Source: Cylindrospermopsis raciborskii Cr2010 (GTDB lineage: Bacteria; Cyanobacteriota; Cyanobacteriia; Cyanobacteriales; Nostocaceae). Taken from it: a DNA stretch of 32,000 nucleotides. A program made the translations under genes and the position numbers. Below, in pieces: positions 18,023-27,169 of this stretch. Where the stretch lies: positions 510,001-542,000 of the forward strand of contig NZ_CP065936.1 in assembly GCF_003367075.2 (NCBI RefSeq), in the 5' to 3' direction. Under the pieces are notes generated by a model. That model searched no databases and had not been told where the DNA came from. It worked only from the letters and a program-made list of their open reading frames with translations. Position 1 is the stretch's first letter; each line of letters starts with the position of its first letter.

Positions 18023-20386
18023 TCACCTTTTTGGATTTTCTTGCAGGAGGGACTGCCAATCGGAAATGGCTTGTTCTGTCCACAACCAATTCTGACCCAA
18101 CCTCGCCACTGTAAATTGCCCAGGTTCCTTCTGAATTATCATTTGACGCAGTTTTACTGCTTCGTCAATATATCTTTGCCTTCTATTAGGAGATTGACCA
18201 TTTGCGGACTTGTATAAACCCAAAGCCAATCCCCCATAAGCAGTTAAGGAATCTAGGGAGACCTTTTCATCAGCAGAACCTACAGATCCTACAGTGATTA
18301 ACCCATCACTATTAGATTTTAAGGAAAGATTGAGTGCCCTAAACCAGATGTCATTAGCACGATTCAACTTTCCCTCAGCATAATAAGCAAATCCTAGGGC
18401 ATTATTATACATAACAGAACTAGGTTGATTCTTCACTGCAACATCCCAGTAACGCCGGGCATCATCAATACTGTATTTCTTATCTTGGATTTGAGCGGAC
18501 TGCCAAGCCAATCTTCCGCGCAGAAAATTAAGAGCAGGGTTTTTCCAGTGTTTGGAAGGAACTGAGGAAAGAGCAGTATCTGCCAATTTAAAGGCACCTC
18601 TGTTTAGTAACTCTTCTACAGCAAGGAGACCGCTATCTAAATTGCCCTGACTCAACTCGGTTATTGCTTGGCCAGAAACAATTTCGGTTTTAGCTGTTTT
18701 TAGGTTAATTACCTCTGTTATTTCCCGAGGGGAACTCAAAGGGATATTAGTGATATTGGCTACCAAAGGACGACGATTCCACCACCAGATTAGGGCAATA
18801 ATCATGGCTAGGCCACTGACCACCAAAATAGTCCCTTGGTGTCTACGGCGAACGGTAACTTTAGTTAGGGGCGGTAGTGGGGAAAACCTTCTCACAGACT
18901 CTTGGCTCGATGATTTAGGTGTACTTGAATCACTACCAACACCTAATTCCCTTTCCCTTCTGGTGCTTTCCTGTGCCTTGATTGGTATTTCTGATTGGGT
19001 GACGGACATTTGTTCACTAGCAACCGGTTTATTATTAATTTTGCGAAACAAGTCCGCTACAATAGCCGCATCTTGCTCATCATCGTCATGGATGACTTCA
19101 TCTAAATCCCAGTTATTATCCTCTAACCAGTCTAAATTAGATACTTCACCTTCAAATCCGCCTATAGATGCTTGATAATCTCCAAAAACCTCCGAACTGC
19201 CAGAAACATCTAATTGAGGGCTGAGAAAACCCTCAAATTCCTTGTGTAAATACAACGTAGGCAAAGCCCAGTAGACCTGATGGGAACCATAGGCGGAAAT
19301 TAACCCCTGACGCACTCGACTTACACATAAATCTAGCGGGTAGCCTTGACGAAGATTACGATAGAATAATTGTGTTAATGTCAAAGCTACTTCGTCAGGG
19401 ATGCGTTCAGACATAGCTAAAACACTACTAATACCTCTTTTAACTAGGCTCTCGGTTAAGTTGTACTCCCCCGTATCTCCTTCACTATTGGATTTGGCTC
19501 TGTAAGCTCCCAAACAGGAGTTAAACACCGCCATCTGAATATTATTATTGACCAGCAACCCTGCTAAATCATCACCAGTTAGTGATTCCGTCAGTCCTGT
19601 TCGACGACTCACTAGATAGATCTCCCCGCCCCGAGACCCTAAATTACTATGGCCTGAGTAATGGAGAACATGGTATCTTCCCTGTTCTAGGGACCGAGTT
19701 AACTCTTCTCTACCCGGTTGCTCTAAAACCGTTAGTTCAATTTCTGGCAAGTTCCTACTAGTTTCCTCCCGAACCCAATTATTACGATCTAGCTCCGATT
19801 TTAAATGCAATGCTTCTTGTTTAAGTAATTCAAGTCTAGCCTGATCCACAGGACAAGAAATTACCATTAACACTTTGATGAGATTTTCTTCTTGACGTGG
19901 AGGTAAGCGTATGGGACTTGACACAGAAAGAACACCATTCTGATAGCGAGAGAAAGCAATATAGGGACCGGTTGCTACAGGACGATCTCCCGCATACATA
20001 ACTTCCCAGGGTAATCGTGCCAATTTGTCGTCTTTTATTCCTAAGCGCAATCGCAACAACTGGTGTTGATTTTGGGCAACGCCCTGAGCTGTAATCCAAC
20101 TATCTCTGAGGGTACCTTGAAACAGTGCATTGTATAATTTTTGACCCAGTGCCACCAAGTTTACAGGGTTTCTGGGAGTGCCCCCAGCGGACTGGGTCAA
20201 GCTTTCCCCCTGTAGCACTGATTTTAAAGGGTCATTCATTAAATGTCCCGCAGCTGCTAACCATTCAGCTACAGGCCAAGTCACCAGTTCTTCTGCCAAG
20301 GGCACCCCAAGTGCGACTTGTTCCGTCCGCACCAAGTAGTCACTTTGCCCTACTGGGGTTACGGAAATGTGAAATTCCTGGGTCAC
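18023..20386 (-). CDS. hetF: HetF-like CHAT-domain caspase-fold protease
   Basis: 787 aa; N-terminal MTQEFHISVTPVGQSDYLVRTEQVA, CHAT-type HYSGHSN and FNSCLGAYRA (His/Cys dyad), C-terminal TM and TPR-like region. NsiR1-like array directly upstream supports the assignment. Confidence 0.82.
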   Translation of the reverse strand: MTQEFHISVTPVGQSDYLVRTEQVALGVPLAEELVTWPVAEWLAAAGHLMNDPLKSVLQGESLTQSAGGTPRNPVNLVALGQKLYNALFQGTLRDSWITAQGVAQNQHQLLRLRLGIKDDKLARLPWEVMYAGDRPVATGPYIAFSRYQNGVLSVSSPIRLPPRQEENLIKVLMVISCPVDQARLELLKQEALHLKSELDRNNWVREETSRNLPEIELTVLEQPGREELTRSLEQGRYHVLHYSGHSNLGSRGGEIYLVSRRTGLTESLTGDDLAGLLVNNNIQMAVFNSCLGAYRAKSNSEGDTGEYNLTESLVKRGISSVLAMSERIPDEVALTLTQLFYRNLRQGYPLDLCVSRVRQGLISAYGSHQVYWALPTLYLHKEFEGFLSPQLDVSGSSEVFGDYQASIGGFEGEVSNLDWLEDNNWDLDEVIHDDDEQDAAIVADLFRKINNKPVASEQMSVTQSEIPIKAQESTRRERELGVGSDSSTPKSSSQESVRRFSPLPPLTKVTVRRRHQGTILVVSGLAMIIALIWWWNRRPLVANITNIPLSSPREITEVINLKTAKTEIVSGQAITELSQGNLDSGLLAVEELLNRGAFKLADTALSSVPSKHWKNPALNFLRGRLAWQSAQIQDKKYSIDDARRYWDVAVKNQPSSVMYNNALGFAYYAEGKLNRANDIWFRALNLSLKSNSDGLITVGSVGSADEKVSLDSLTAYGGLALGLYKSANGQSPNRRQRYIDEAVKLRQMIIQKEPGQFTVARLGQNWLWTEQAISDWQSLLQENPKR

Positions 20387-20548
20387 AACCTCTCCTGTTT
20401 GCTTCCTAAAACTTGCTTCTTACCTAAAAATAAAAAGTCCCTAGTTTCCCTTTGTACTATATTAATATTCTGCTAACACTTTAGAAGTATTTTTTTTTAA
20501 AATGTTCCCATTTGACCATCATTTTTTCCTGGATGGTTTAGAACTTTA

Positions 20549-20554
20549 TCCGGA
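20549..20554 (+). promoter_or_regulatory. TCCGGA (DIF+-like) element of sRNA unit 1
   Basis: TCCGGA begins 36 nt before GGTAGATGCACC; same spacing in all three units. Confidence 0.72.
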
Positions 20555-20584
20555 TTTAACTAATTCACACTGGAACACTTTACT

Positions 20585-20643
20585 GGTAGATGCACCTTGA
20601 TCTTCAACTCCCCTAGCTGGCTGCAGGCCTCTAGGGGTTTTTT
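20585..20643 (+). ncRNA. nsiR1: NsiR1-like sRNA unit 1 (59 nt)
   Basis: GGTAGATGCACCTTGATCTTCAACTCCCCTAGCTGGCTGCAGGCCTCTAGGGGTTTTTT; perfect CCCCTAG/CTAGGGG stem followed by T6. Confidence 0.8.
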
Positions 20644-20713
20644 CTTGGGACTAATCAGTTAGAAACTGCTTCAGCTGGCCAATTAAGAAAATCTCTCATT
20701 CCCAATCTTTTTC

Positions 20714-20719
20714 TCCGGA
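20714..20719 (+). promoter_or_regulatory. TCCGGA (DIF+-like) element of sRNA unit 2
   Basis: 36 nt from the start of unit 2. Confidence 0.72.
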
Positions 20720-20749
20720 ATATGGCATATTGCCGAGGAAGACTTAAAT

Positions 20750-20808
20750 GGTAGATGCACCCTGATAATTAATCTCCTCCGGAGGCCTTAAGCCTCTGGG
20801 GGTTTTTT
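20750..20808 (+). ncRNA. nsiR1: NsiR1-like sRNA unit 2 (59 nt)
   Basis: GGTAGATGCACCCTGATAATTAATCTCCTCCGGAGGCCTTAAGCCTCTGGGGGTTTTTT; terminator hairpin plus T6. Confidence 0.8.
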
Positions 20809-20853
20809 ATTGCCCATAAACTATAAATTAAAATTAAACAAGCTCAAAATTCA

Positions 20854-20859
20854 TCCGGA
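20854..20859 (+). promoter_or_regulatory. TCCGGA (DIF+-like) element of sRNA unit 3
   Basis: 36 nt from the start of unit 3. Confidence 0.72.
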
Positions 20860-20889
20860 TTGCCTTCCCCTGCTACGGGATACTAAGGT

Positions 20890-20948
20890 GGTAGATGCAC
20901 CCTGATAACTAATCCCCCCTAGTCGGCTAAAACCTCTGGGGGTTTTTT
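20890..20948 (+). ncRNA. nsiR1: NsiR1-like sRNA unit 3 (59 nt)
   Basis: GGTAGATGCACCCTGATAACTAATCCCCCCTAGTCGGCTAAAACCTCTGGGGGTTTTTT; terminator hairpin plus T6. Confidence 0.8.
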
Positions 20949-21162
20949 CTTGGATTTTTTAGTCCCATGATAACTGCCTTTTGTCTTTCTTTATCTATTT
21001 TTACCTCAAATCCCCTCCCAGAATGATTGCTCTGATCACAAATTGAAACAAATTCAATATTGCCTAATTCTCATTTTTGGACATCAACCTTTACTAAGCG
21101 TTCTGGCGCTATGATGTATTTTATTCATATTAGCTCCAAATAGTTCAATATATCTGTAAACT

Positions 21163-21594
21163 ATGGAACGTGGTCTTTTTTGGTTACCTTTACTGGGGGT
21201 TTTTTTTTGGTTGGCTTGGCAAGGTGCAAGGGAATATCAAAAGGTTGAAACCTATCGTGTCTGGGCTGAAAGTTTTCAACGCTCTAAGTATGATATTTAT
21301 GGGGTAATTGGTCAAAAAGACAACTACATTACCTGGGGAAAACCCACACCCCAAGCCATTGTTCAAGTGCAGACCTTTTCTCTGGTGGATGTTCAAGAAA
21401 TCCGCCTTCTGATAGATGGTCAATCGGTCAGGTTGGACCAACCGCCCCAGAAGGGTCGTTTAATAGAACTGGAGTTCATATTTTACCCAGGTGCTGCTTT
21501 TGCTCCATCTCTAAACATACCTTTTACCGAGATCCCCTTGGCAGCTCAATGGGGTCATTTCCTCCAAAATAGGTTACAAAATTTACCTTCTTAA
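21163..21594 (+). CDS. conserved hypothetical protein with one N-terminal TM segment
   Basis: 143 aa; MERGLFWLPLLGVFFWLAWQGAREYQKVETYRVWAESFQRSKYDIYGVIGQKDN; ORF uninterrupted between annotated genes. Confidence 0.65.
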   Translation: MERGLFWLPLLGVFFWLAWQGAREYQKVETYRVWAESFQRSKYDIYGVIGQKDNYITWGKPTPQAIVQVQTFSLVDVQEIRLLIDGQSVRLDQPPQKGRLIELEFIFYPGAAFAPSLNIPFTEIPLAAQWGHFLQNRLQNLPS

Positions 21595-22404
21595 TGACCA
21601 TTCAACAATTGCCTTGATTAGTCCATCAATGGTATATTGTTGGGTAGTAATGTCTACCCGACCTAGTAAGTCTATACAAGTTTTGGATGTCTGTGGACCA
21701 ATAGAGGCGATCGCAGTTTTCTTTAAGTAGTGTTCTATCTCTTGAGGTAAATTATTTTCTAATAATACACAGAAAAACTTGACGGTCTTAGAGCTAGCAA
21801 AGGTAATTACATCTACTGACTGATTAATCAGGACCTGCTGTGCTGTGGTAGGTATGCTCTGGGGACAAAGAGATTCATAAGCGGGAACTTCCACCACTTG
21901 GGCACCTTTTTGTGTTAGTTCTTTGACCAAAATCTCTCTCCCTCCACTTTCAACCCGGGGAAATAGGATCTTTTTACCTGCTAGGTTTTCGGGAAAGTTG
22001 TTCACCAGGGAGTCAGCTATGAAGTCAGGGGGTATGAAATCTGGTTCAAGGTGGTGCGTTTTCAGACTTTGAGCCGTTTTTTCACCGACAACAGCAATTT
22101 TAATTCTATTTATTGCTTGTTTAATTAAGGCTTGCTGATTTTTATTTTGCAATGCCATTCTCTCAAAAAAGTATTCGACCCCGTTAGTGGAGGTAAAAAC
22201 TAACCAATCAAAAGTGGATAATTCTAATATGCTCTGATCTAAGAACATCCAACTGGAAGGAGGACCAATTTCTAGTGCTGGTAGTTCAATTACTCTTGCT
22301 CCTAAATTGGTTAGTCCTTGACTCAATTCGCTGGATTGTCCTACTGCGCGGGTGACGAGGATGGTTTTACCGCTTAGGGGTGTGATGGAGATATTAATTG
22401 ACAC
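21583..22404 (-). CDS. hemD: uroporphyrinogen-III synthase
   Basis: 273 aa; LSGKTILVTRAVGQSSELSQGLTNLGARVIELPALEI..., FTSTNGVEYFFERM, adjacent to cobA. Confidence 0.93.
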   Translation of the reverse strand: MSINISITPLSGKTILVTRAVGQSSELSQGLTNLGARVIELPALEIGPPSSWMFLDQSILELSTFDWLVFTSTNGVEYFFERMALQNKNQQALIKQAINRIKIAVVGEKTAQSLKTHHLEPDFIPPDFIADSLVNNFPENLAGKKILFPRVESGGREILVKELTQKGAQVVEVPAYESLCPQSIPTTAQQVLINQSVDVITFASSKTVKFFCVLLENNLPQEIEHYLKKTAIASIGPQTSKTCIDLLGRVDITTQQYTIDGLIKAIVEWSLRR

Positions 22405-22437
22405 GATTCAAGGAGGGGAAGCAATAATTAATCTATT

Positions 22438-23160
22438 CTATACTTTTTCCAGAAATTTTCTCAGTCCCACAACTTCTCCAATCACGATTACAGCGGGAGA
22501 AAGTGATGTGTCTCTGGTTTTTCCCACTATATTACCTAGTTCACCTATGCAAATTTTTTGCTTGGCAGTTCCAGTCCAGCGAATAATTGCTATGGGAGTG
22601 GATTTAGATTTTCCATGTGTGAGTAGTTGGTGGACTATTATCTCTAGGTTTTTTCCTCCCATCAAAATTACTAGGGTTTGTAATCTTGATAGAGCTTCCC
22701 AGTCTAAAATATCAGGATCATGTGCTGTAGCTACGGCAAAACACTGACTTAAAACCGTGTCTGTCAGTGGTATTCCAGCTAATAATGGCCCCGCTAGAGC
22801 TGAGGAAATTCCCGGGATGATTTCAAATTCACAACCTGCTGATTTTAAAGCGGTAATTTCCGCCATACATCTACCAAAAATAAATGGATCTCCTGCTTTT
22901 AGTCTGACTACTTGTTTACCTTCTCGATAATATTTCACTAACAGGTTATTAATTTCTCCTTGGGAGGTGCTTATACCCCCTCCCCTTTTACCTACATCTA
23001 GTTTTAAACAGTTACTGGGGACAGAATTTAATAATTCTTCGTCTACTAGTGCATCATATATTAAAACTTGAGCAATCCCCAGTAATCTATAGGCTTTTAC
23101 TGTTAGATATTCTATATCCCCTGGTCCTGCTCCTACAATATAAACTTTATTTCTGGACAT
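22438..23160 (-). CDS. cobA: uroporphyrinogen-III C-methyltransferase
   Basis: VYIVGAGPGDIEYLTVKAYRLLGIAQVLIYDALVD, VVRLKAGDPFIFGR, EIIPGISSALA. Confidence 0.96.
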   Translation of the reverse strand: MSRNKVYIVGAGPGDIEYLTVKAYRLLGIAQVLIYDALVDEELLNSVPSNCLKLDVGKRGGGISTSQGEINNLLVKYYREGKQVVRLKAGDPFIFGRCMAEITALKSAGCEFEIIPGISSALAGPLLAGIPLTDTVLSQCFAVATAHDPDILDWEALSRLQTLVILMGGKNLEIIVHQLLTHGKSKSTPIAIIRWTGTAKQKICIGELGNIVGKTRDTSLSPAVIVIGEVVGLRKFLEKV

Positions 23161-23171
23161 TTTCTATCGGA

Positions 23172-24092
23172 TTAATTTAAAAGGGCACCAATGGGAAAGA
23201 TTAGATATTCAAGGAAAAACATTTTCCAAATTAATTGATAAAATTTGGCAATTTCTTTTTTGCTCTCCAAGTTCACTTTCTGGCTTTTTGACCATAGGAA
23301 TATTAGGGGTATGGTGTGACTGATAACTAGAAATGTGGGGTTAATTTCTGCTAACTGGAACATACCAACAATAATTATTCCTATATAACAAAATGTTAGT
23401 AACCAAAGGGCAATATCAAATACAGCTTTTTTCCCTAATTTGATGGTGAAGGTATTAATGTTATAACGCAAGTCCCCCTCCAAATCAGGTATGTCTTTAA
23501 ATATGGCGATCGCCATGGTAAAAACCAGGATAAATAATGTTAAAGTCCAGACGGCAAAGGGTATGCCCTGGCTCCTTTGTAATAGCCAACTAAAATGCTC
23601 AAACAGTCCTAAGTTGATAATAGTTCCCCGGACGGAAAAAATACATAAGGCTGCCCAAAATGGAAATTGCTTCAACCTTAATGGTGGTAAGGAATAGGCG
23701 GTTCCAATTACTAGGCTAGTTACTACCGTAACCAATAAAAATGGTCCACTAATCCAAGCTAGAGCTAGAGCTAAAATACCCGTAGTAATCACAATGGACT
23801 TTCCCTGCTCTTCGGAGAATTCTCCTGCAGCTACGGGTAAATGGGGCTTGTTGATTTTATCAATATCTACGTCTATTAGTTGGTTTAAACCTACAATATA
23901 AATATTTCCGGATATACAAGCTAACCAGGTGATTAAAATTTGACCCAAGTGTGCTATAGAAAAATTAGAGTTGGTCACACCAAGAGTCAGCAAGTATAAA
24001 CCTAGTACACTTAGAGTTGTGCCTATAATGGTATGAGGCCTGGAAAACTTCCACAAGCTGTGGAGCCAATTAGAAGGAGTAAACTGATTCAT
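23172..24092 (-). CDS. homogentisate phytyltransferase (UbiA family)
   Basis: 306 aa; FSRPHTIIGTTLSVLGLYLL, NQLIDVDIDKINKPHLPVAAGEFS, IAIFKDIPDLEGDLRYNINTFTIKLG. Confidence 0.9.
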   Translation of the reverse strand: MNQFTPSNWLHSLWKFSRPHTIIGTTLSVLGLYLLTLGVTNSNFSIAHLGQILITWLACISGNIYIVGLNQLIDVDIDKINKPHLPVAAGEFSEEQGKSIVITTGILALALAWISGPFLLVTVVTSLVIGTAYSLPPLRLKQFPFWAALCIFSVRGTIINLGLFEHFSWLLQRSQGIPFAVWTLTLFILVFTMAIAIFKDIPDLEGDLRYNINTFTIKLGKKAVFDIALWLLTFCYIGIIIVGMFQLAEINPTFLVISHTIPLIFLWSKSQKVNLESKKEIAKFYQLIWKMFFLEYLIFPIGALLN

Positions 24093-24154
24093 GGGCTATT
24101 TATAAGTTGCTTATGTTTATCTGTAAATTGTATATGGTTCATTTAGTTAACTGG

Positions 24155-24997
24155 CTATTTAATTCCACATAACAAACCAAATTTAATTAAACCCCTTTCA
24201 TATCCACGGCGCATTAAACTAAGAGAGAGCGCCGCTTGAATTGTAGTCCAACCAGAAAACAATAACCCCAGGAATGCTTGGGGGGTAAAAGCAGAATCAA
24301 TTACCACATTCCAAAATGGTGCAACCCCAGTTGACCAATCAGCAGTCTTAATGTTTTTTAGTCCTAATTGACTGGCGATCGCATAGTATTCTGGTAGGGA
24401 AATCACATAGGGTAGACAATAAGCCCGGTAAATATCTTGTAGGTGCTTTTGTTCATCCTCAGTCAGTGGTAAAACATCCGTGGGACGATGACACCATGTT
24501 ACCATGATTAAAGTACCACCTGGTTTTAACACCCGATAACACTCTTGCAGAAATTTGGTTTTATCTGGCATGTGTTCACCACTTTCTAGTGACCACACCA
24601 GATCAAAGGAATTATCACCAAAAGGCATTTCTTGAGCATTGGCCACTAAAAAACTACTCCTTGATTGCAAATTGGCTTCCAGTGCCCTTTCTTTGGCTCT
24701 AGCGGATTGAATTGGGCTGAGGGTAATTCCTGTGGACATGGCATGAAATTTTTGCGCCAAGTATAGGGAACTACCACCTATTCCACAACCCACATCCAAG
24801 ATATCATCTGCATGTTTTACTCCTGACCAATTTAGCACTGCTTCAATTAAATCAATTTGTGCTTGCCTACGTTCCTTTCTTTCTCTTCCATCCGCACCAT
24901 AATAGCCATGATGCATGTGTTCACCCCAAATTTGTTCCCATAAACCAGAGGAAGCATCATAAAATTCTTGGATTTGCTGATAAATTTTTGTACTCAT
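24155..24997 (-). CDS. gamma-tocopherol methyltransferase-like SAM methyltransferase
   Basis: 280 aa; FYDASSGLWEQIWGEHMHHGYYG, ILDVGCGIGGSSLYLAQKF, located beside the phytyltransferase. Confidence 0.85.
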   Translation of the reverse strand: MSTKIYQQIQEFYDASSGLWEQIWGEHMHHGYYGADGRERKERRQAQIDLIEAVLNWSGVKHADDILDVGCGIGGSSLYLAQKFHAMSTGITLSPIQSARAKERALEANLQSRSSFLVANAQEMPFGDNSFDLVWSLESGEHMPDKTKFLQECYRVLKPGGTLIMVTWCHRPTDVLPLTEDEQKHLQDIYRAYCLPYVISLPEYYAIASQLGLKNIKTADWSTGVAPFWNVVIDSAFTPQAFLGLLFSGWTTIQAALSLSLMRRGYERGLIKFGLLCGIK

Positions 24998-25129
24998 GTT
25001 CTTAAAGGTAAAAATTACTAAAAATCAAAACTCTAGAAAATATATTTTAGAGGTGGTACATATCTGTTTAACTTAAATATAAAGCAATTTTGCTCAATAA
25101 AAAAATCCTGAAAAAACTCTTAACTCAAC

Positions 25130-26470
25130 TTGGTTATGACTGTTGCTCGGACGATATGCTTGGGATTTATGGCGGTTATCTTATGTGGAACCATTCTGTT
25201 GATGATGCCTTTTTCCACTAGCAATGGCACATGGAACGACCCGATAGTAGCACTTTTTACCTCAACTTCCGCAGTCTGTGTGACCGGACTGTCAGTGGTT
25301 GATCCGGGTACCTATTTTTCCTTTTGGGGTCAACTACTGATTTTACTGCTAGTACAAATCGGTGGTTTGGGATATATGACAACTACCACCTTCCTGATTT
25401 TACTAATTGGCAAAAGATTTGATTTAAGGCAAAAGGTAGCTATTCAACAAGCTCTAGACCGTCCAGGTATGAGTGGTAGTAGCCAAATTATTCGCTCCAT
25501 TATTGCTACAACTATAATTTTTGAGATTACGGGAATTTTCCTCTTACTCCCCGCTTTTGTCCCTGACCATGGTTGGAGTCATGGAATGTGGTTAGCAATA
25601 TTTCACAGCATCAATTCCTTTAATAATGCGGGATTTAGTCTCTTTAAAGATAATTTGATAGGTTATCAAACATCCCTACTCGTGGTTTTTACAGTCACTG
25701 GGTTAATCATCTTTGGCGGAATTGGTTATCAAGTCATTTTGGATATGTATCTTTGGTTACGCGATCGCCTAAAAAGAAAAACGACATTTATGGTATTCTC
25801 CCTTGACTTTAAAGTAGCAGTTAGCACTACTTTAATATTATTAGTGGTAGGGACAGTAGCTTTCTTTCTCATAGAAATTAGAAATCCTGAAACCTTTGGC
25901 AAATTTGGATTTTCCGACCAACTATTATTAGCTTGGTTTCAGTCTGTTACTCCAAGAACAGCAGGTTTCAACACCATTGACATTGGTAAGATGAGTGATG
26001 CAGGTCTATTTATTACCATTGCTTTAATGTTCATTGGTGCTAGTCCAGGTGGTACGGGTGGTGGGATAAAAACAACAACCTTGAGGGTATTAACCAGCTG
26101 CACAAAAGCAATACTTCAGGGTAAAGAAGAAGTTTGGCTCTATGAGCGCAAAATAGCCATAACTCTTATTTTGAAAGCCATAGGTGTGGTTTTCGGCTCT
26201 TTGGCAACCGTCTTATCAGCAACAGTTTTAATTAGTTTAACTGACCCAAAACTAGAGTTCATTCAAATTCTTTTTGAGGTAGTCTCAGCTTTTGGTACAG
26301 TGGGACTATCCACAGGGATAACTGGTAGTATTTCTACTGCTGCTAAAATAGTTATAATTGTCACAATGTATATAGGAAGGGTCGGTGTTTTATTGTCAAT
26401 GTCAGCAATATTAGGAGATCCTCGTCCCAGTAGAGTTCACTACCCAGAAGGAAATTTGCTTGTAGGTTAG
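25130..26470 (+). CDS. ktrB: Trk/Ktr potassium uptake membrane subunit
   Basis: 446 aa; TSTSAVCVTGLSVVDPGTYFSFWGQLLILLLVQIGGLGYMT, FQSVTPRTAGFNTIDI, IGASPGGTGGGIKTTT. Confidence 0.92.
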   Translation: MVMTVARTICLGFMAVILCGTILLMMPFSTSNGTWNDPIVALFTSTSAVCVTGLSVVDPGTYFSFWGQLLILLLVQIGGLGYMTTTTFLILLIGKRFDLRQKVAIQQALDRPGMSGSSQIIRSIIATTIIFEITGIFLLLPAFVPDHGWSHGMWLAIFHSINSFNNAGFSLFKDNLIGYQTSLLVVFTVTGLIIFGGIGYQVILDMYLWLRDRLKRKTTFMVFSLDFKVAVSTTLILLVVGTVAFFLIEIRNPETFGKFGFSDQLLLAWFQSVTPRTAGFNTIDIGKMSDAGLFITIALMFIGASPGGTGGGIKTTTLRVLTSCTKAILQGKEEVWLYERKIAITLILKAIGVVFGSLATVLSATVLISLTDPKLEFIQILFEVVSAFGTVGLSTGITGSISTAAKIVIIVTMYIGRVGVLLSMSAILGDPRPSRVHYPEGNLLVG

Positions 26471-26473
26471 TTT

Positions 26474-27169
26474 ATGGACATTTCATCATTGAAGTTTTTT
26501 CGCAGTTTAAAACAAGACAATCACCAATTTGCAGTAATTGGATTAGGTCGTTTTGGTCGTTCTGTTTGCTCCACATTACATGGTTTGGGTTATCAGGTAT
26601 TAGCTACAGATGTGGATGAAAAAAGGGTATCTGAAGCATTAAATGAGTCAATTGTCGCTCATGCAGTGCAGTTAGACTCCACCGAATCAGCAGCACTTAA
26701 AGAAGCGGGCATTTTTGAGTTTGATACCGTTATTGTCGCTATTGGCAACTATGTTCAGGAAAGTATTATTACCACTCTTAATGTTAAGGAAGGTGGTGTA
26801 CCCCATGTGGTTGCTAAAGCTTCCAGTGAGGTACATTGTAAGCTCTTAAAAAGAGTAGGTGCAGACCATGTAGTATTTCCCGAATACGAAGCGGGTTGTG
26901 CTTTGGCGCGCACTCTAACTAAACCATCAATTTTAGACCGGTTTGATCTAGATCCAGATAATAGTATTGTAGAGTTGATTGTCCCCGATGAATTTCATGG
27001 TAAAACCGTGGCCGAAATCCAGCTGCGAAATCGTTATGGTCTAAATTTACTAGCAGTTAGTCAGGATGGTAAGTTTAAGATTAATCCTGACCCCAGTAAA
27101 CGACTGGAACGTGGTTCAGCGATGGTAGTAATTGGCTGTAATAAGGATATTAATCGCCTACCAATTTAA
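26474..27169 (+). CDS. ktrA: TrkA/KtrA potassium uptake regulatory subunit (TrkA-N, TrkA-C)
   Basis: 231 aa; FAVIGLGRFGRSVCSTLHGLGYQVLATDVDEKRV; 3 bp downstream of the membrane subunit. Confidence 0.92.
   Translation: MDISSLKFFRSLKQDNHQFAVIGLGRFGRSVCSTLHGLGYQVLATDVDEKRVSEALNESIVAHAVQLDSTESAALKEAGIFEFDTVIVAIGNYVQESIITTLNVKEGGVPHVVAKASSEVHCKLLKRVGADHVVFPEYEAGCALARTLTKPSILDRFDLDPDNSIVELIVPDEFHGKTVAEIQLRNRYGLNLLAVSQDGKFKINPDPSKRLERGSAMVVIGCNKDINRLPI

Noticed and set aside
18750-20409. ORFs overlapping hetF (18750..19175, 19836..20099, 20125..20409)
   Set aside because: Overlap a clearly coding 787-aa ORF and have no recognisable motifs.
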